A stretch of DNA of 64,000 nt. It comes from Candidatus Latescibacterota bacterium. GTDB lineage: Bacteria > Latescibacterota > UBA2968 > UBA8231. Within the stretch, counting starts at the first letter, position 1. Each line of letters opens with the position of its first letter. The translations under genes and the position numbers were made by a program. Below the pieces are notes generated by a model. The model searched no databases and was not told the DNA's origin. It was given only the letters and a program-made list of their open reading frames with translations. This document shows positions 18,841 to 28,681 of this stretch, in pieces. The stretch lies in NCBI GenBank assembly GCA_965203175.1, contig OZ241867.1:6368001-6432000 (forward strand), written 5' to 3'.

Positions 18841-20616
18841 ATGCAGCGCTCCCTACTCATCTTGGTCAGCGGCCTCGTCGCCACTGCGTCGGCTCAGGCC
18901 GGCGGGCTGACCGACGTGCGGCTGACCCTGCTCGATGCCGAGGCCACGGGGTACGCCACCTTCCAGTCCCACAACCAGAAGGTGGTCGCCAACGCCCACG
19001 GTATCTTCACCACCCACATCCGATCGCGCAACGAAGCCTTCACAGCCCAGCAGTGGCACCTGTCCCGCAGCCGCGACGGCGGGGCCACCTTCGAGACCCT
19101 GTACGAGTCAGTGGATGCCACCAACGCCCCGGCGATGGAGACCGACGGCGATGGCAACCTCTACCTAGTGCGCTCCGACTTCAGCGACGGCAGCGCCAGC
19201 CTCTATCGCTTTCAAGCCAGCGACGGCTACGCGCACCCTGCCGTGGCCCGCATCCCGGGGGGCAGCGCCGGCAAGTACTGCATGAACCTCGACGAGGCGC
19301 GGAGCCGGCTCTACTACTTCACCTGGGGCCGTTCCCTCTTCGTCCTCGGTCTCGATGGTGCCGTCCTCGAACGCCAGGAGCTGACGGTGGACGGGGCCAA
19401 CGCGGTGCCCCAGTACCCCCTGTCCTTCCTCGACCCTTCCGGCGTGCTGCACTTCGCCTGGACCACGCAAAAGCACGGAGTCTATCTGTACTGGGACATC
19501 CACTACATGGCCTCCGACGACGGAGCGCTAAGCTGGCGGCGCATGGACGGCACGCCGCTGCCGATACCGCTGCCGACTGACGACAGCGGCCCCAGCGACC
19601 GCATCACCCTCGACGACGAGTTCGAGGTGCATTCCTGGCTGTCGAACCTGCTGGTGAAGGACGGCAAAGCGCACTTCGCCTATGCGGCCCTGACCCCCAC
19701 TTGGCGGCAACACTACGTGCGCTACGACCTAACCACAGCGGCGCGGGACATCGACCTGAACCCCATTTTCGAGGGGGAGGAGGTCCGCCTCGCCAGCCTG
19801 GATGGCTTCTTCGCCAGCCGCGCCGATCTGCCGGAGGCCCCCCTCTACTACGTGTCGAGTGCCGGGGGACGCTTGGGATGCCTAGCCAGCGATGACAACG
19901 GCGAGACCTGGTACGACTACGCTCTGTCCGAGGAGAGCTTCAATCCCTACTCCATCGGCGGGTCCCGCGAGCTGACCGCCGACGGCGCGATCGTCGGCAC
20001 CTTCACCGACTTCCGGGTGACGGAGGGCCGCGACCTCTCTCAGGTCCACTTCTTCCGCATCCAAGCTGGCCTGTCGCGGGCTCGGCTCGAGATCGAGAAA
20101 GGCACCGACGGTCGCCTGGTCCTGCGCTTCCACGAGGTGCGGGGCCGACCCGAGGCGGTGCGCTTCCGCGCCGCATCCGGCCAGTGGGGGAAGTGGCAGT
20201 CCTTCGCCGAGGTCATGGAGGCGGACCCCGGCGAGTTCCCGACCCATTTCCAGTTGCGCAGTCACCTCGGGGTCGAGTCGTCGATCTTCGCGGTGGAATT
20301 CGCCACCGCCATAGGAGAGATCGCCGCGGTCTCCGCAGAGTTCGACCTAGCGCAAAACGCTCCCAACCCCTTCAACGCCCGGACCACCATTGGCTTTAGC
20401 CTACCGGAGTCCGCCGCCTGCCATCTGTCCATCTTCGACCTGCGCGGGCGTCGGGTGCGGGATCTGTTAGCCCAGGCAAGCTTGCCTCCGGGACGGCACC
20501 AAGTGGCCTGGAACGGAACGAACGACGCCGGCAGCAAGGTGGCCTCCGGCGTCTATTTTTACCGGCTGCGCGCCGGCTCAGAAAGCCGCATCCGGCGGCT
20601 CGTGCTGGCGAAGTAA
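18841..20616 (+). CDS. Secreted BNR/Asp-box repeat protein with C-terminal FlgD-Ig (T9SS type A-like) domain
   Basis: Signal peptide; SRDGGATF, SDDGALSW and SDDNGETW Asp-boxes; tail 'LAQNAPNPFNARTTIGFSLP...VASGVYFYRL'. Confidence 0.8.
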   Translation: MQRSLLILVSGLVATASAQAGGLTDVRLTLLDAEATGYATFQSHNQKVVANAHGIFTTHIRSRNEAFTAQQWHLSRSRDGGATFETLYESVDATNAPAMETDGDGNLYLVRSDFSDGSASLYRFQASDGYAHPAVARIPGGSAGKYCMNLDEARSRLYYFTWGRSLFVLGLDGAVLERQELTVDGANAVPQYPLSFLDPSGVLHFAWTTQKHGVYLYWDIHYMASDDGALSWRRMDGTPLPIPLPTDDSGPSDRITLDDEFEVHSWLSNLLVKDGKAHFAYAALTPTWRQHYVRYDLTTAARDIDLNPIFEGEEVRLASLDGFFASRADLPEAPLYYVSSAGGRLGCLASDDNGETWYDYALSEESFNPYSIGGSRELTADGAIVGTFTDFRVTEGRDLSQVHFFRIQAGLSRARLEIEKGTDGRLVLRFHEVRGRPEAVRFRAASGQWGKWQSFAEVMEADPGEFPTHFQLRSHLGVESSIFAVEFATAIGEIAAVSAEFDLAQNAPNPFNARTTIGFSLPESAACHLSIFDLRGRRVRDLLAQASLPPGRHQVAWNGTNDAGSKVASGVYFYRLRAGSESRIRRLVLAK

Positions 20617-20619
20617 CAC

Positions 20620-21897
20620 CTACACGAACTTCGGCCCGCCGCAGCCGTCGTTGACCACGTGGCTGCGCACTGGAATCGCCGCTTGGTCGGGAATGACTAA
20701 TTCGAGCGGCGAATCATTCTCAATGACAGTGCCAGCCCCCACGCGCACCCCAGCCCCCAATTTAATCGCTCCGGGCCGCGCAGTCCGCGCTATAATCGTA
20801 CCGATAGATACCGACACGCCGATCCGGCAATCTGGGCCAATCGCGACGATGCCGTTGATTTCGGTGTTGGCTCCAATCGCCGTGCGGTCGCCCGCCTGCA
20901 CGGGACCGAAAATCCCGGCATCCGTGCCAATAAACACGTAATCGCCAATGATGGGATGGCGTTGCTGCACCTTGCCGCTGAGGCCGCCCAAAGTACACGG
21001 GTAAATGTGGCACCCGCTGCCGATAATACCCGTCTGTCCAGTAGTTATGCCGCGATGGGGATGGTCGAGGAAGTTGGCATCGCCGATCTGCGTTTCGGGA
21101 TGGATATCCGCCTGATAGTAGCGTCCCCCCAACTCGGAAATGGCCCGTGGCAGCAAGGGCACCGGTCGCCGCGTCAGTTCGGATTCGCCGGCCACCGAGC
21201 CGGAGCGCGTTAGGGCGTGGGCAATGTCGTGGTAGAACAGCACCCGCCACCCTGGATAGGTGCTCATCACGAGCTGCATCTGATAGTCGAAAATGAAGTC
21301 GCACTCCAGCTCACTGAGGAAACGGCGATAGTGGTCGAAGTCGCGGCGGCGAATGGTCTCGTCCAAGGCGGCCCGGAAGTCGATCTTGAGTAGCTGGTCG
21401 TGCGTCAACCCACAATTGTCGAGCAAATAGGCGTCCCAAACGGCCGGATCCCTAAGCGCGGCAAAGCGGTTCCAGTGAGCGCGGACCTTGTAGTCGGGCA
21501 ATTCCCACAGCAAGCAGATGGTGTTCATCAGGGCCTTCTCTTCAACGCCTTCGCTCTCGCCGGCCGCTAGGAGCGACTGCGCGATCATCGCGTAGAGCTG
21601 GTCGGCGATCTCGCCGATGGCCTCGTCGAGCGACGGGTTTTGGTGCCCCGGCCCCAGGGCATTGTGCGAGCCAGGAGCGACGCATTCGAGCAAGTTGCCC
21701 AACACCGTCTCCAGCAGGTCGCGATTGACAAACCCGCGCCCAGAACGCTGCGAGAGAATGTCCCGATCAACCGCGTCGATGCGCAGCGCGGCGACCTCCT
21801 CTGCGGTGTAGATTGGCACCAACCGCTTCAGCAGCCGCTCTAGCAATGCCCACTTGCGGCGCTGATACGAAGTGTCAAAAAGCGTGGAATTGTTCAT
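20620..21897 (-). CDS. Serine O-acetyltransferase-like hexapeptide-repeat protein with long N-terminal extension
   Basis: DIHPETQIG..FLDH and TLGG....RHPIIGD CysE-like motifs; extended left-handed beta-helix. Confidence 0.7.
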   Translation of the reverse strand: MNNSTLFDTSYQRRKWALLERLLKRLVPIYTAEEVAALRIDAVDRDILSQRSGRGFVNRDLLETVLGNLLECVAPGSHNALGPGHQNPSLDEAIGEIADQLYAMIAQSLLAAGESEGVEEKALMNTICLLWELPDYKVRAHWNRFAALRDPAVWDAYLLDNCGLTHDQLLKIDFRAALDETIRRRDFDHYRRFLSELECDFIFDYQMQLVMSTYPGWRVLFYHDIAHALTRSGSVAGESELTRRPVPLLPRAISELGGRYYQADIHPETQIGDANFLDHPHRGITTGQTGIIGSGCHIYPCTLGGLSGKVQQRHPIIGDYVFIGTDAGIFGPVQAGDRTAIGANTEINGIVAIGPDCRIGVSVSIGTIIARTARPGAIKLGAGVRVGAGTVIENDSPLELVIPDQAAIPVRSHVVNDGCGGPKFV

Positions 21898-21952
21898 CGT
21901 TTGCTCCCCATTCTGCCTCCTTATAACTTTTACCGAAACTTACAGAACACGC

Positions 21953-21970
21953 GCCGGGTTGCAACCCGGC
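21953..21970. promoter_or_regulatory. Perfect 18-bp palindrome between divergent genes
   Basis: GCCGGGTTGCAACCCGGC is its own reverse complement; function unknown. Confidence 0.45.
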
Positions 21971-21991
21971 TTCACTCTTACGGGAGAAACC

Positions 21992-22777
21992 ATGCACCCA
22001 TTTGAATCGCTAGTAGTCTGCGAAGACGCAGTCGGCATCCACTGGTTTGGCCAAAGCACGTTTGGCCTCAAGGACGCGCAGGGAACCATCGTCCAAGTCG
22101 ATCCCTACTACCCCCACGAGCGGCCGGCCGACCGCTTCATCCACGCCCGCCCCCCGCTACACGAAGCATCGCTGCACACGGATTTCGTACTCCTGACCCA
22201 CGACCACGGCGACCACACCTGCACAGAGTCCATTGCGCGCATTGCCGCGGCCTATCCAGAAGTACAAATTGTCGGCCCGGCAGAAAGCATCCAGCGCGTC
22301 CGCGACGCGGGCATTACGGCCGCAGCAACGACGGTTGCCGCTGGTGACGCAGCCAGCCTAGGCATCATGACGGCCCACGCGGTGTACGCCAAGCCCCCAG
22401 AGGGCCTGCCCAGCGACGACATCGCCCCGCCCGATGTAACCCACCTCGGCTACGTGGTGGAGGCCGGCGGCGTGCGCGTGTACATCTCTGGCGACCCGGT
22501 CAACACGTTCGCCGAGCACGAAGCATTGCTCGCGCCCATCCGCGACCTCGCGCCCGACATCGGGCTGCTGACCAATCACCCCAGCGAAGGAGAATTCCCC
22601 TTCTTTGCCGGCTCGGCCAAGATGGCCTCGGCGCTCGGCCTCAAGGCCGCCGTACCGGCCCATTACGCCTGCTTTGTCGCCCGCAACTACGATCCCCAAG
22701 AATGGGCAGCTACGCTCGTCGAAGTCGAGCCGATAATTATTCCGTACAATCAATCCACCGTCTATTCGCCCCGCTAG
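21992..22777 (+). CDS. MBL-fold metallo-hydrolase (UlaG-like)
   Basis: WFGQS, DPY, THDHGDH, YISGD and PAHY motifs; GGGAG RBS. Confidence 0.85.
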   Translation: MHPFESLVVCEDAVGIHWFGQSTFGLKDAQGTIVQVDPYYPHERPADRFIHARPPLHEASLHTDFVLLTHDHGDHTCTESIARIAAAYPEVQIVGPAESIQRVRDAGITAAATTVAAGDAASLGIMTAHAVYAKPPEGLPSDDIAPPDVTHLGYVVEAGGVRVYISGDPVNTFAEHEALLAPIRDLAPDIGLLTNHPSEGEFPFFAGSAKMASALGLKAAVPAHYACFVARNYDPQEWAATLVEVEPIIIPYNQSTVYSPR

Positions 22778-22794
22778 CGCCCATAACAGACGTG

Positions 22795-22824
22795 TTGATT
22801 TTCTCATCTTTGTTTGTTTATAAT
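22795..22824 (+). promoter_or_regulatory. Putative sigma70 promoter of the surface-protein cluster
   Basis: TTGATT-N18-TATAAT in an AT-rich intergenic stretch. Confidence 0.5.
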
Positions 22825-22893
22825 TATGAACATCGCCTAACGCGCCAAGGATTTCCACCTAGGCGTTCACTTCAAACGCAAGGAGTATCAAGT

Positions 22894-23841
22894 ATGCGGC
22901 GATTCACAATCGCAGGCGTTTTTAGCCTCGCCCTCGTGGGGATGGCGAATGCCCAATTTTTCGATCCCCCCGCCCTAGCGGATCGCAACGGCAGTCAGGG
23001 GTTTTGGTTTTACATGCTCGAAGTCCCCGATCCCGGTGCTATCACCATTGACGGACATAGTGACGACTGGGCTTGGTTCGACCCTGAGTACACTTTGACC
23101 ATGGACGAGTGGCGCGACGAAGCCGACCGACCGGCTCCCGACCGCGATGACCTGTTCATCACCACCTTCATGGGTTGGAAAGGCGGCGACGACAACCGCT
23201 GGTACTGCTTCTTGGAAGCGGTTGACGATGTGCTGGCGCACGCCGGCACGAACGTCGCACGCTGGGATGGCGACATGCTGCAGGTCGGCCTCGATCCGCA
23301 GGATCACGGGCGCGAGCGCAGCCCGGCCTCGGGCTACACCATGGAGTGGCTGATGGCACCGGGTGACCTCAGCCCGCCGACCAACGTCGCTTTCCGCTAC
23401 ACCGAGCAAGAGGCGTGGGCCGAGTACGGCGAATCGCCGTGGATCGAAATGGTCGTGCGCGTTGATCCACCCGAAGCCTGGGCGGCCGACCTGTGGGCCG
23501 AGGGCGGCACCACGTACTACGAGTGGAGCGTCAAGGTCCTCGCCTTCCAAGAGGACGCTGGTCCGTCGGCGAGCGAGGTGTGGCAGCTAGACGCAGTGGC
23601 CGGCGAAGACGGCTCGGGCCTGCCTTTCGCCATGTGGTACGAAGACGGCGAAGGCCCGGATTCGAGCTTCTCGCCCAACGAAGACGGCACCCCGGGCGGC
23701 CGCAACGACTGGACCACCCGCGGCCCCGAGGCCTCGTCTCGGCAGTACTACTCCATTGCCAAGCTGTTGCGCATCGGCGAGTACTCCAGCCCCACTGCAG
23801 TCGAGTCATCGACTTGGGGCAAGATCAAGGACTCGTTCTAA
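22894..23841 (+). CDS. Secreted acidic protein (DOMON/CBM9-like) with C-terminal 'TAVESSTWGKIK' motif
   Basis: AAGGAG RBS; signal peptide MRRFTIAG...ANA; 'ITIDGHSDDW'; conserved-looking tail. Confidence 0.7.
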   Translation: MRRFTIAGVFSLALVGMANAQFFDPPALADRNGSQGFWFYMLEVPDPGAITIDGHSDDWAWFDPEYTLTMDEWRDEADRPAPDRDDLFITTFMGWKGGDDNRWYCFLEAVDDVLAHAGTNVARWDGDMLQVGLDPQDHGRERSPASGYTMEWLMAPGDLSPPTNVAFRYTEQEAWAEYGESPWIEMVVRVDPPEAWAADLWAEGGTTYYEWSVKVLAFQEDAGPSASEVWQLDAVAGEDGSGLPFAMWYEDGEGPDSSFSPNEDGTPGGRNDWTTRGPEASSRQYYSIAKLLRIGEYSSPTAVESSTWGKIKDSF

Positions 23842-23847
23842 ACACAA

Positions 23848-23898
23848 GGCGACCAACCGGTCGTTAATCGTAGGGGCGACCGACCGGTCGCCCCTACG
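23848..23898. repeat. GTAG-type REP-like hairpin plus a degenerate partial copy (possible terminator or mRNA stabiliser)
   Basis: GTAGGGGCGACCG-AC-CGGTCGCCCCTAC at 23870-23897; partial GGCGACCAACCGGTCG at 23848. Confidence 0.75.
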
Positions 23899-23918
23899 TC
23901 ATTTTTAGGGGTTGCACT

Positions 23919-24629
23919 GTGCACAAACTCTGGGCTTGGTCCTTATTGTTGATCCTGCTGGCGGGGGCTTGCGGCCGCTACTTTCACACGCCGCTCCAGC
24001 CCGCTAACCTCCAAGCCGAGGGCATGACCGTCAACGACGACGGGTCCATCACCTACGCCCTCGACCGCCTGTCGATTGAGCTCAAGCCCATGACGGACGC
24101 GGAATTAAACCGCCTCGCCCCGGGACCAGATCTGGCCAACAACCCCTATACCTTTGGCGAGTGGACCGCTCCGGGCGACGAGTGGACACCGCCGCGATTT
24201 ACCGTCTTTCGGCTCAGGGTCAACAACTATCAATTTCCCAAGGTCAAGCTCGACCCGCTTAACGCGCATATTACCACGGCCAATACCCGGCAGTACGCGG
24301 CGCTGAGCTACGCCCAGTTATACCAGTATTTTCGCTCGTATTGGATGGGCCGCACCGGCCAAGGGCGCAAGACCTTCCAAGCCCGCACCGACGCGCTCAA
24401 GCGGACGCTGTACAGCGGGGCCATGGTCTTCAGTGGCAGCGAAGAACAGGGATTTTTGGTTTTTCCCGTCCTCGACGACGATGTCCGCACGATCCAGGTG
24501 CACATCGAAAACATCGTCTTGCGCTTCGACTATGCCGATTCCCCCATAGAGGCGATTGACCTGAGCTTCTCCTTCCAGCGCGACACCCTGCAAGGGCATG
24601 ATCCCTCGACCGCAGCGCGGATCAACTGA
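23919..24629 (+). CDS. Lipoprotein of unknown function
   Basis: Lipobox LAGAC; TGATG overlap with the next gene. Confidence 0.75.
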   Translation: MHKLWAWSLLLILLAGACGRYFHTPLQPANLQAEGMTVNDDGSITYALDRLSIELKPMTDAELNRLAPGPDLANNPYTFGEWTAPGDEWTPPRFTVFRLRVNNYQFPKVKLDPLNAHITTANTRQYAALSYAQLYQYFRSYWMGRTGQGRKTFQARTDALKRTLYSGAMVFSGSEEQGFLVFPVLDDDVRTIQVHIENIVLRFDYADSPIEAIDLSFSFQRDTLQGHDPSTAARIN

Positions 24630-26617
24630 TGACTGCCCGCGCGCCCAGATTCCTCATCGGCGCCGTCCTAGTAGTCCTCGGGGGGCTAGCGCCGAGCGAT
24701 GCGCAAGTCGAGGTATGGCGTATCGGTAAGGGAGGGCTTACGTGGGTCTCGCAGGCCGAGACGCAAATCGGCGCACTAGACGTCGGCGGTGCCCTGCAAC
24801 CCTTAGAGCTTCAAGCCGGGGAAAACCTCATCGAGTTGCTTCGCGCTTCGGGCCAACGCTTTCTCAACGGCCAACCCCGCGACTTCACCCTCGGCGGCCA
24901 GCCACGAGCGTGGTCCAACGACGGCTTCTTCAACCAAGTCTCCGGCCCCCTCGACCTGATTGACGGCGATCCCGCGACCTCATCGTCGGGCGTGTTCAAG
25001 ACCGCACAAAGCCAAGCCGGGGCAAAGTTCTTCTGGGACTTGGGCGCGCCCTTCCCAGTCAACCGCATTCGTTTCTTTCCCACTCCCGGCGATGACGCCT
25101 TTGTCAAAGCCTTTGAACTACTGATCAACGACGGCGAAAACTTCAACAACATCAACCGGCCGCAATACGAGACCTTGCGGCGGATAGAAGTCAACCGCGA
25201 ATCCACCGTAGACATTGAATTTGCGCCCTTGCAGGGTCGCTTCCTCCAGCTACTCGTACTGTCGAAAACAGTGTTCAACATCGCGGAGTTTGAAATCTAC
25301 GGGCAGGGCTTTGTACCAGTCGCCAGCTACGAGTCGGCGCTGCACTCCTTTGGCGGTCCGGTCAACTACGGCCGCTTGCGCGTGCATACTACGCAACTCG
25401 GAACGACCGGAGATGCGACCGCAGCCATCCAAATGCGGACCGGAGCCGACGACAGCCCGCTGGCGTACTTTCGCCGCAATCGCGACACCGGTCGCCAAGA
25501 GGAAGTAAGCGCTGCCGAGTACAACACCAACTTGCCGCGGCGCACCCTGTACCGCCAAGACCCAGACACCGGCGAACTGTTAGAAGAGCTGGACCGGGCC
25601 GACTATCTCAACCTGCCGATCGAGGAGCAAGGGCCGGTGCGCGATTTCGTCAAGGGCGACATCCGCGACGACGTGAACAACTGGAGTGCGTGGTCGCCGA
25701 GCACGAACATCACCGGCACCGGCACAATCGAAGTACCCATAGGGCTGCCCAGCCCGAGGGAATTCATGCAGTTCCGCATCTTCTTCGACGGCGACGCGGA
25801 AAACGCCGTGCGCATCGACACCTTTCAGGTCGAGTTTTCGCCCGGACTGGTCAGCGAGGCCGTCGGCGAGGTGGCTCTCGCCACTGATCCCTTTCCCGCC
25901 AGCGGCCTGCTCGAAGTCGCAGGGGGCATCGACACGACCTTTACCTACGACATCCGCACTGAGTTCGCAGAGGGCGTAGCCGGGTATCACGGCATCCGCA
26001 TCAAGGCGTTTCCGCCGCCGGTATTCGAGAGCCTGCAAATGGGCGATCCCCTCGCGGCCGTAGCAGATTTTGAATGGGAGGCAACCGACAGCGGCTTCGA
26101 CCTGTTCTTCGCGCCCGTCGCCGCCGACAACAACCAGCCCCTGCGGATCACCTTCCGTCTGCGGCTGCTGGCGCACAACACGCCGATCAACGCCTTTCTC
26201 CTCGGCGCGGGAAGCGTCCCGCCGCATCCCATCGCCCCGGGCAATGCCAGCGAATTAGTCGGCACAAACGCGACCAACGCCTTTGTAATTCAAGCACAGC
26301 CCGAGTTACAAGTAGCGCTTTCAACGGCCATCATCTCGCCCAATGGGGACGGACTCAACGATGCCGTCGCCATTGACCTCGTGTTGTCCCAATTCGTCGC
26401 AGACACCTCAGTAGCGGTCGAGGTATTCGACCTCAGCGGACGCCGCGTGCGCCAGCTAGTCTCCCAACCGCGATCGGCTGGCTTTTACTCCGAAAGCTGG
26501 GACGGCCGCGACGAACAGGGCAGCCTAGTGCCACCGGGCCTGTACCTGTGCCGCGTCGGCGTGGAGGCCGACTTCGACGTATTTGCCGCCGTAGAGCCGA
26601 TAGGGGTGGCCTATTGA
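24629..26617 (+). CDS. Secreted protein, discoidin-like domain plus C-terminal PNGDG/FlgD-Ig domain (paralog 1)
   Basis: Signal peptide; DLGAPFPVNRIRFFP, EFEIYG, NWSAWS, ISPNGDGLND and WDGRDEQGSLVPPGLY. Confidence 0.75.
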   Translation: MTARAPRFLIGAVLVVLGGLAPSDAQVEVWRIGKGGLTWVSQAETQIGALDVGGALQPLELQAGENLIELLRASGQRFLNGQPRDFTLGGQPRAWSNDGFFNQVSGPLDLIDGDPATSSSGVFKTAQSQAGAKFFWDLGAPFPVNRIRFFPTPGDDAFVKAFELLINDGENFNNINRPQYETLRRIEVNRESTVDIEFAPLQGRFLQLLVLSKTVFNIAEFEIYGQGFVPVASYESALHSFGGPVNYGRLRVHTTQLGTTGDATAAIQMRTGADDSPLAYFRRNRDTGRQEEVSAAEYNTNLPRRTLYRQDPDTGELLEELDRADYLNLPIEEQGPVRDFVKGDIRDDVNNWSAWSPSTNITGTGTIEVPIGLPSPREFMQFRIFFDGDAENAVRIDTFQVEFSPGLVSEAVGEVALATDPFPASGLLEVAGGIDTTFTYDIRTEFAEGVAGYHGIRIKAFPPPVFESLQMGDPLAAVADFEWEATDSGFDLFFAPVAADNNQPLRITFRLRLLAHNTPINAFLLGAGSVPPHPIAPGNASELVGTNATNAFVIQAQPELQVALSTAIISPNGDGLNDAVAIDLVLSQFVADTSVAVEVFDLSGRRVRQLVSQPRSAGFYSESWDGRDEQGSLVPPGLYLCRVGVEADFDVFAAVEPIGVAY

Positions 26618-26631
26618 CCGCTGCGAGCAAC

Positions 26632-28671
26632 ATGCGATGGCTGGTGCTGCTTCTCGCCATCAGCGGCCCACTGGCAGCGCAGATGCCCTCGGCTTGGGTC
26701 GTAGGGGGCACGAGCGGCGAGCCTTGGGCTGCAGCCGCAGAGCGCTGGATTGCCCTCGACGACTCCGCGCGCGTTGGGGCGATTCAGCCAAGGGCCATTC
26801 CCCGAGGCCACACAGTTACGCGCCAACTAGTGCGCACGGGCATTGCCACGACCCAGCGCAACCTCTTTGGCTATCGCTGGAGCTTGCACAAGGGACCGCG
26901 CCAAATCGAGGCCGACACCTTGGAGGTTGGATGGCACCCGCGCCTGTGGCTCTGGGGCGGGACCAATGCCTCCGCCCCAGAGGTCATGCGCGGGCTCGTC
27001 GATGGCGACGAACTAACCGCGGCCTTTGCCCACCGGGCGCGAGCCGATGGCCGCCCCAACAGCGTGCAGTTCATCACGCTCGACTTGGGCGTACCCGTGC
27101 CCGTTGATAGCATCGTGTTCTTTCCGCCGCAAACCGGGCTGACCAGCGACAACCAGCGCCAGCGCGAACTGTTCGCCCGCGCCTATGAAGTCAGCCGGAC
27201 GAATGTGCCGGTCGAATGGCTGATCTTTGAGGACGAGACCACGTCAACCGGATCGTCGGGGTACCACCCCCTCGACGAGATTCTCGCCAGCACCTTTGCC
27301 AACAACATTAGCGTCGTCTCCCTCGCAACAGACCTGCGCTTTACCCGCTTTCTCCGCTTCAAGTTTGGCGAGGTTTCCACCACGACCTTGCTGGCCGAAA
27401 TCGAAATCTTTGGCCGCGGCTACCCCCAAGAGGCCCGCTACATCTCCGCGCCCCATTCCTTCGGCCAAGCCGTGAGCTTGGGACGGGTCACCTGGAAATT
27501 CACCCGCTATCGCCTATTGCCTTCGGGCGCGATCACAGCCGACCCCACCGCACCGGTACAGCTGAACTTGCAAACCCGCGCTGGCTTTGACGACAATCCT
27601 AAGACGTTTTTCATCTTCGACGACCTTGGCCGGCTGGTGGAAGTAGATGAGAAGACGTATTTCGACTCGCCGCGAGTGGTAGAACGGTTTTCCGAGGGCA
27701 TCGCCGGCTTCCGCGCCAAGCGAGGCGACGACATAGAAAACTGGAACAACTGGTCGGTCAATTACCAAGCGTCGGGGGACGAAATCCGCTCCTCGGACGG
27801 GGCCGAGTTCCTCCAGTTTCGCTTTACCATCACCACCGAAGACCCGCTGGCCTTTGGCGTGCTCGACAGCTTGGCTTTTGAGGTCTCGCCGCTGTTGGCC
27901 GACCGCGCGCTGGCGGAAATTGCCCTCGACGGACGCGCTGGTGTGGACGGTGCCGTCGAGGTCCCACTCGGCGTGGCTCAGCGCTTTGCCTATCACATTC
28001 GCACGGAGACTGGCGCAACCGACCGCGCGGGGTTCGACGGTATCGAGTTAGAAGTTCCTCCGGGCACTCGCTTCCTCGATCTGACCATCGACGACCAACC
28101 AGCAACCGAGGGCGAGGATTTTTCCCTAGCTACCGACGACAGGCGGTTGCGCTTGACCTTCCCCACCCCGTTCCAAGAAGACAAGGCGTTTCGCGTGCGC
28201 TTCCAAAGCGCGGTCTTCCAGCCATCGGTCTTTTTGGCCAGCCGCCTATTTAACACCTCGGCGGCTAGCTTGCCGCAGTCCATTGAGGCTGGGGACGCCC
28301 ACGCCGACGTGGCCAGCAACAGCATCCAAGTCGTCTCCAGCGACGAAGCCTTGGGCATTCTCGGAGCAATTGGACTGTCTTCACCCGTGGTCACGCCCAA
28401 CGGCGATGGGACCAACGAGCAAGTCGCCATTGGCTTCGATTTATTCGGCGTCGCTGGAGGCGCGTTGCAGGTGGAGGCGCGCGACCTGAGTGGCCGTCGC
28501 TACGCCGCGATCCTGGACGCTCAGGCCGCAGCCGGGCCGTACGCGCTACAGTGGGATGCGCGGGACGAGCAAGGGAAACTCGTGCCCCCAGGGCTGTATC
28601 TAATCCGCGTCACAGTCGAGGTCGATCGCGGCACGTTCGCCCGCGTGGCAGCGGTCGGGGTCGCGTACTGA
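26632..28671 (+). CDS. Secreted protein, discoidin-like domain plus C-terminal PNGDG/FlgD-Ig domain (paralog 2)
   Basis: Signal peptide from MRWLVLL; DLGVPVPVDSIVFFP, EIEIFG, NWNNWS, VTPNGDGTNE and VPPGLY. Confidence 0.75.
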   Translation: MRWLVLLLAISGPLAAQMPSAWVVGGTSGEPWAAAAERWIALDDSARVGAIQPRAIPRGHTVTRQLVRTGIATTQRNLFGYRWSLHKGPRQIEADTLEVGWHPRLWLWGGTNASAPEVMRGLVDGDELTAAFAHRARADGRPNSVQFITLDLGVPVPVDSIVFFPPQTGLTSDNQRQRELFARAYEVSRTNVPVEWLIFEDETTSTGSSGYHPLDEILASTFANNISVVSLATDLRFTRFLRFKFGEVSTTTLLAEIEIFGRGYPQEARYISAPHSFGQAVSLGRVTWKFTRYRLLPSGAITADPTAPVQLNLQTRAGFDDNPKTFFIFDDLGRLVEVDEKTYFDSPRVVERFSEGIAGFRAKRGDDIENWNNWSVNYQASGDEIRSSDGAEFLQFRFTITTEDPLAFGVLDSLAFEVSPLLADRALAEIALDGRAGVDGAVEVPLGVAQRFAYHIRTETGATDRAGFDGIELEVPPGTRFLDLTIDDQPATEGEDFSLATDDRRLRLTFPTPFQEDKAFRVRFQSAVFQPSVFLASRLFNTSAASLPQSIEAGDAHADVASNSIQVVSSDEALGILGAIGLSSPVVTPNGDGTNEQVAIGFDLFGVAGGALQVEARDLSGRRYAAILDAQAAAGPYALQWDARDEQGKLVPPGLYLIRVTVEVDRGTFARVAAVGVAY

Positions 28672-28681
28672 TGGAGGCACT

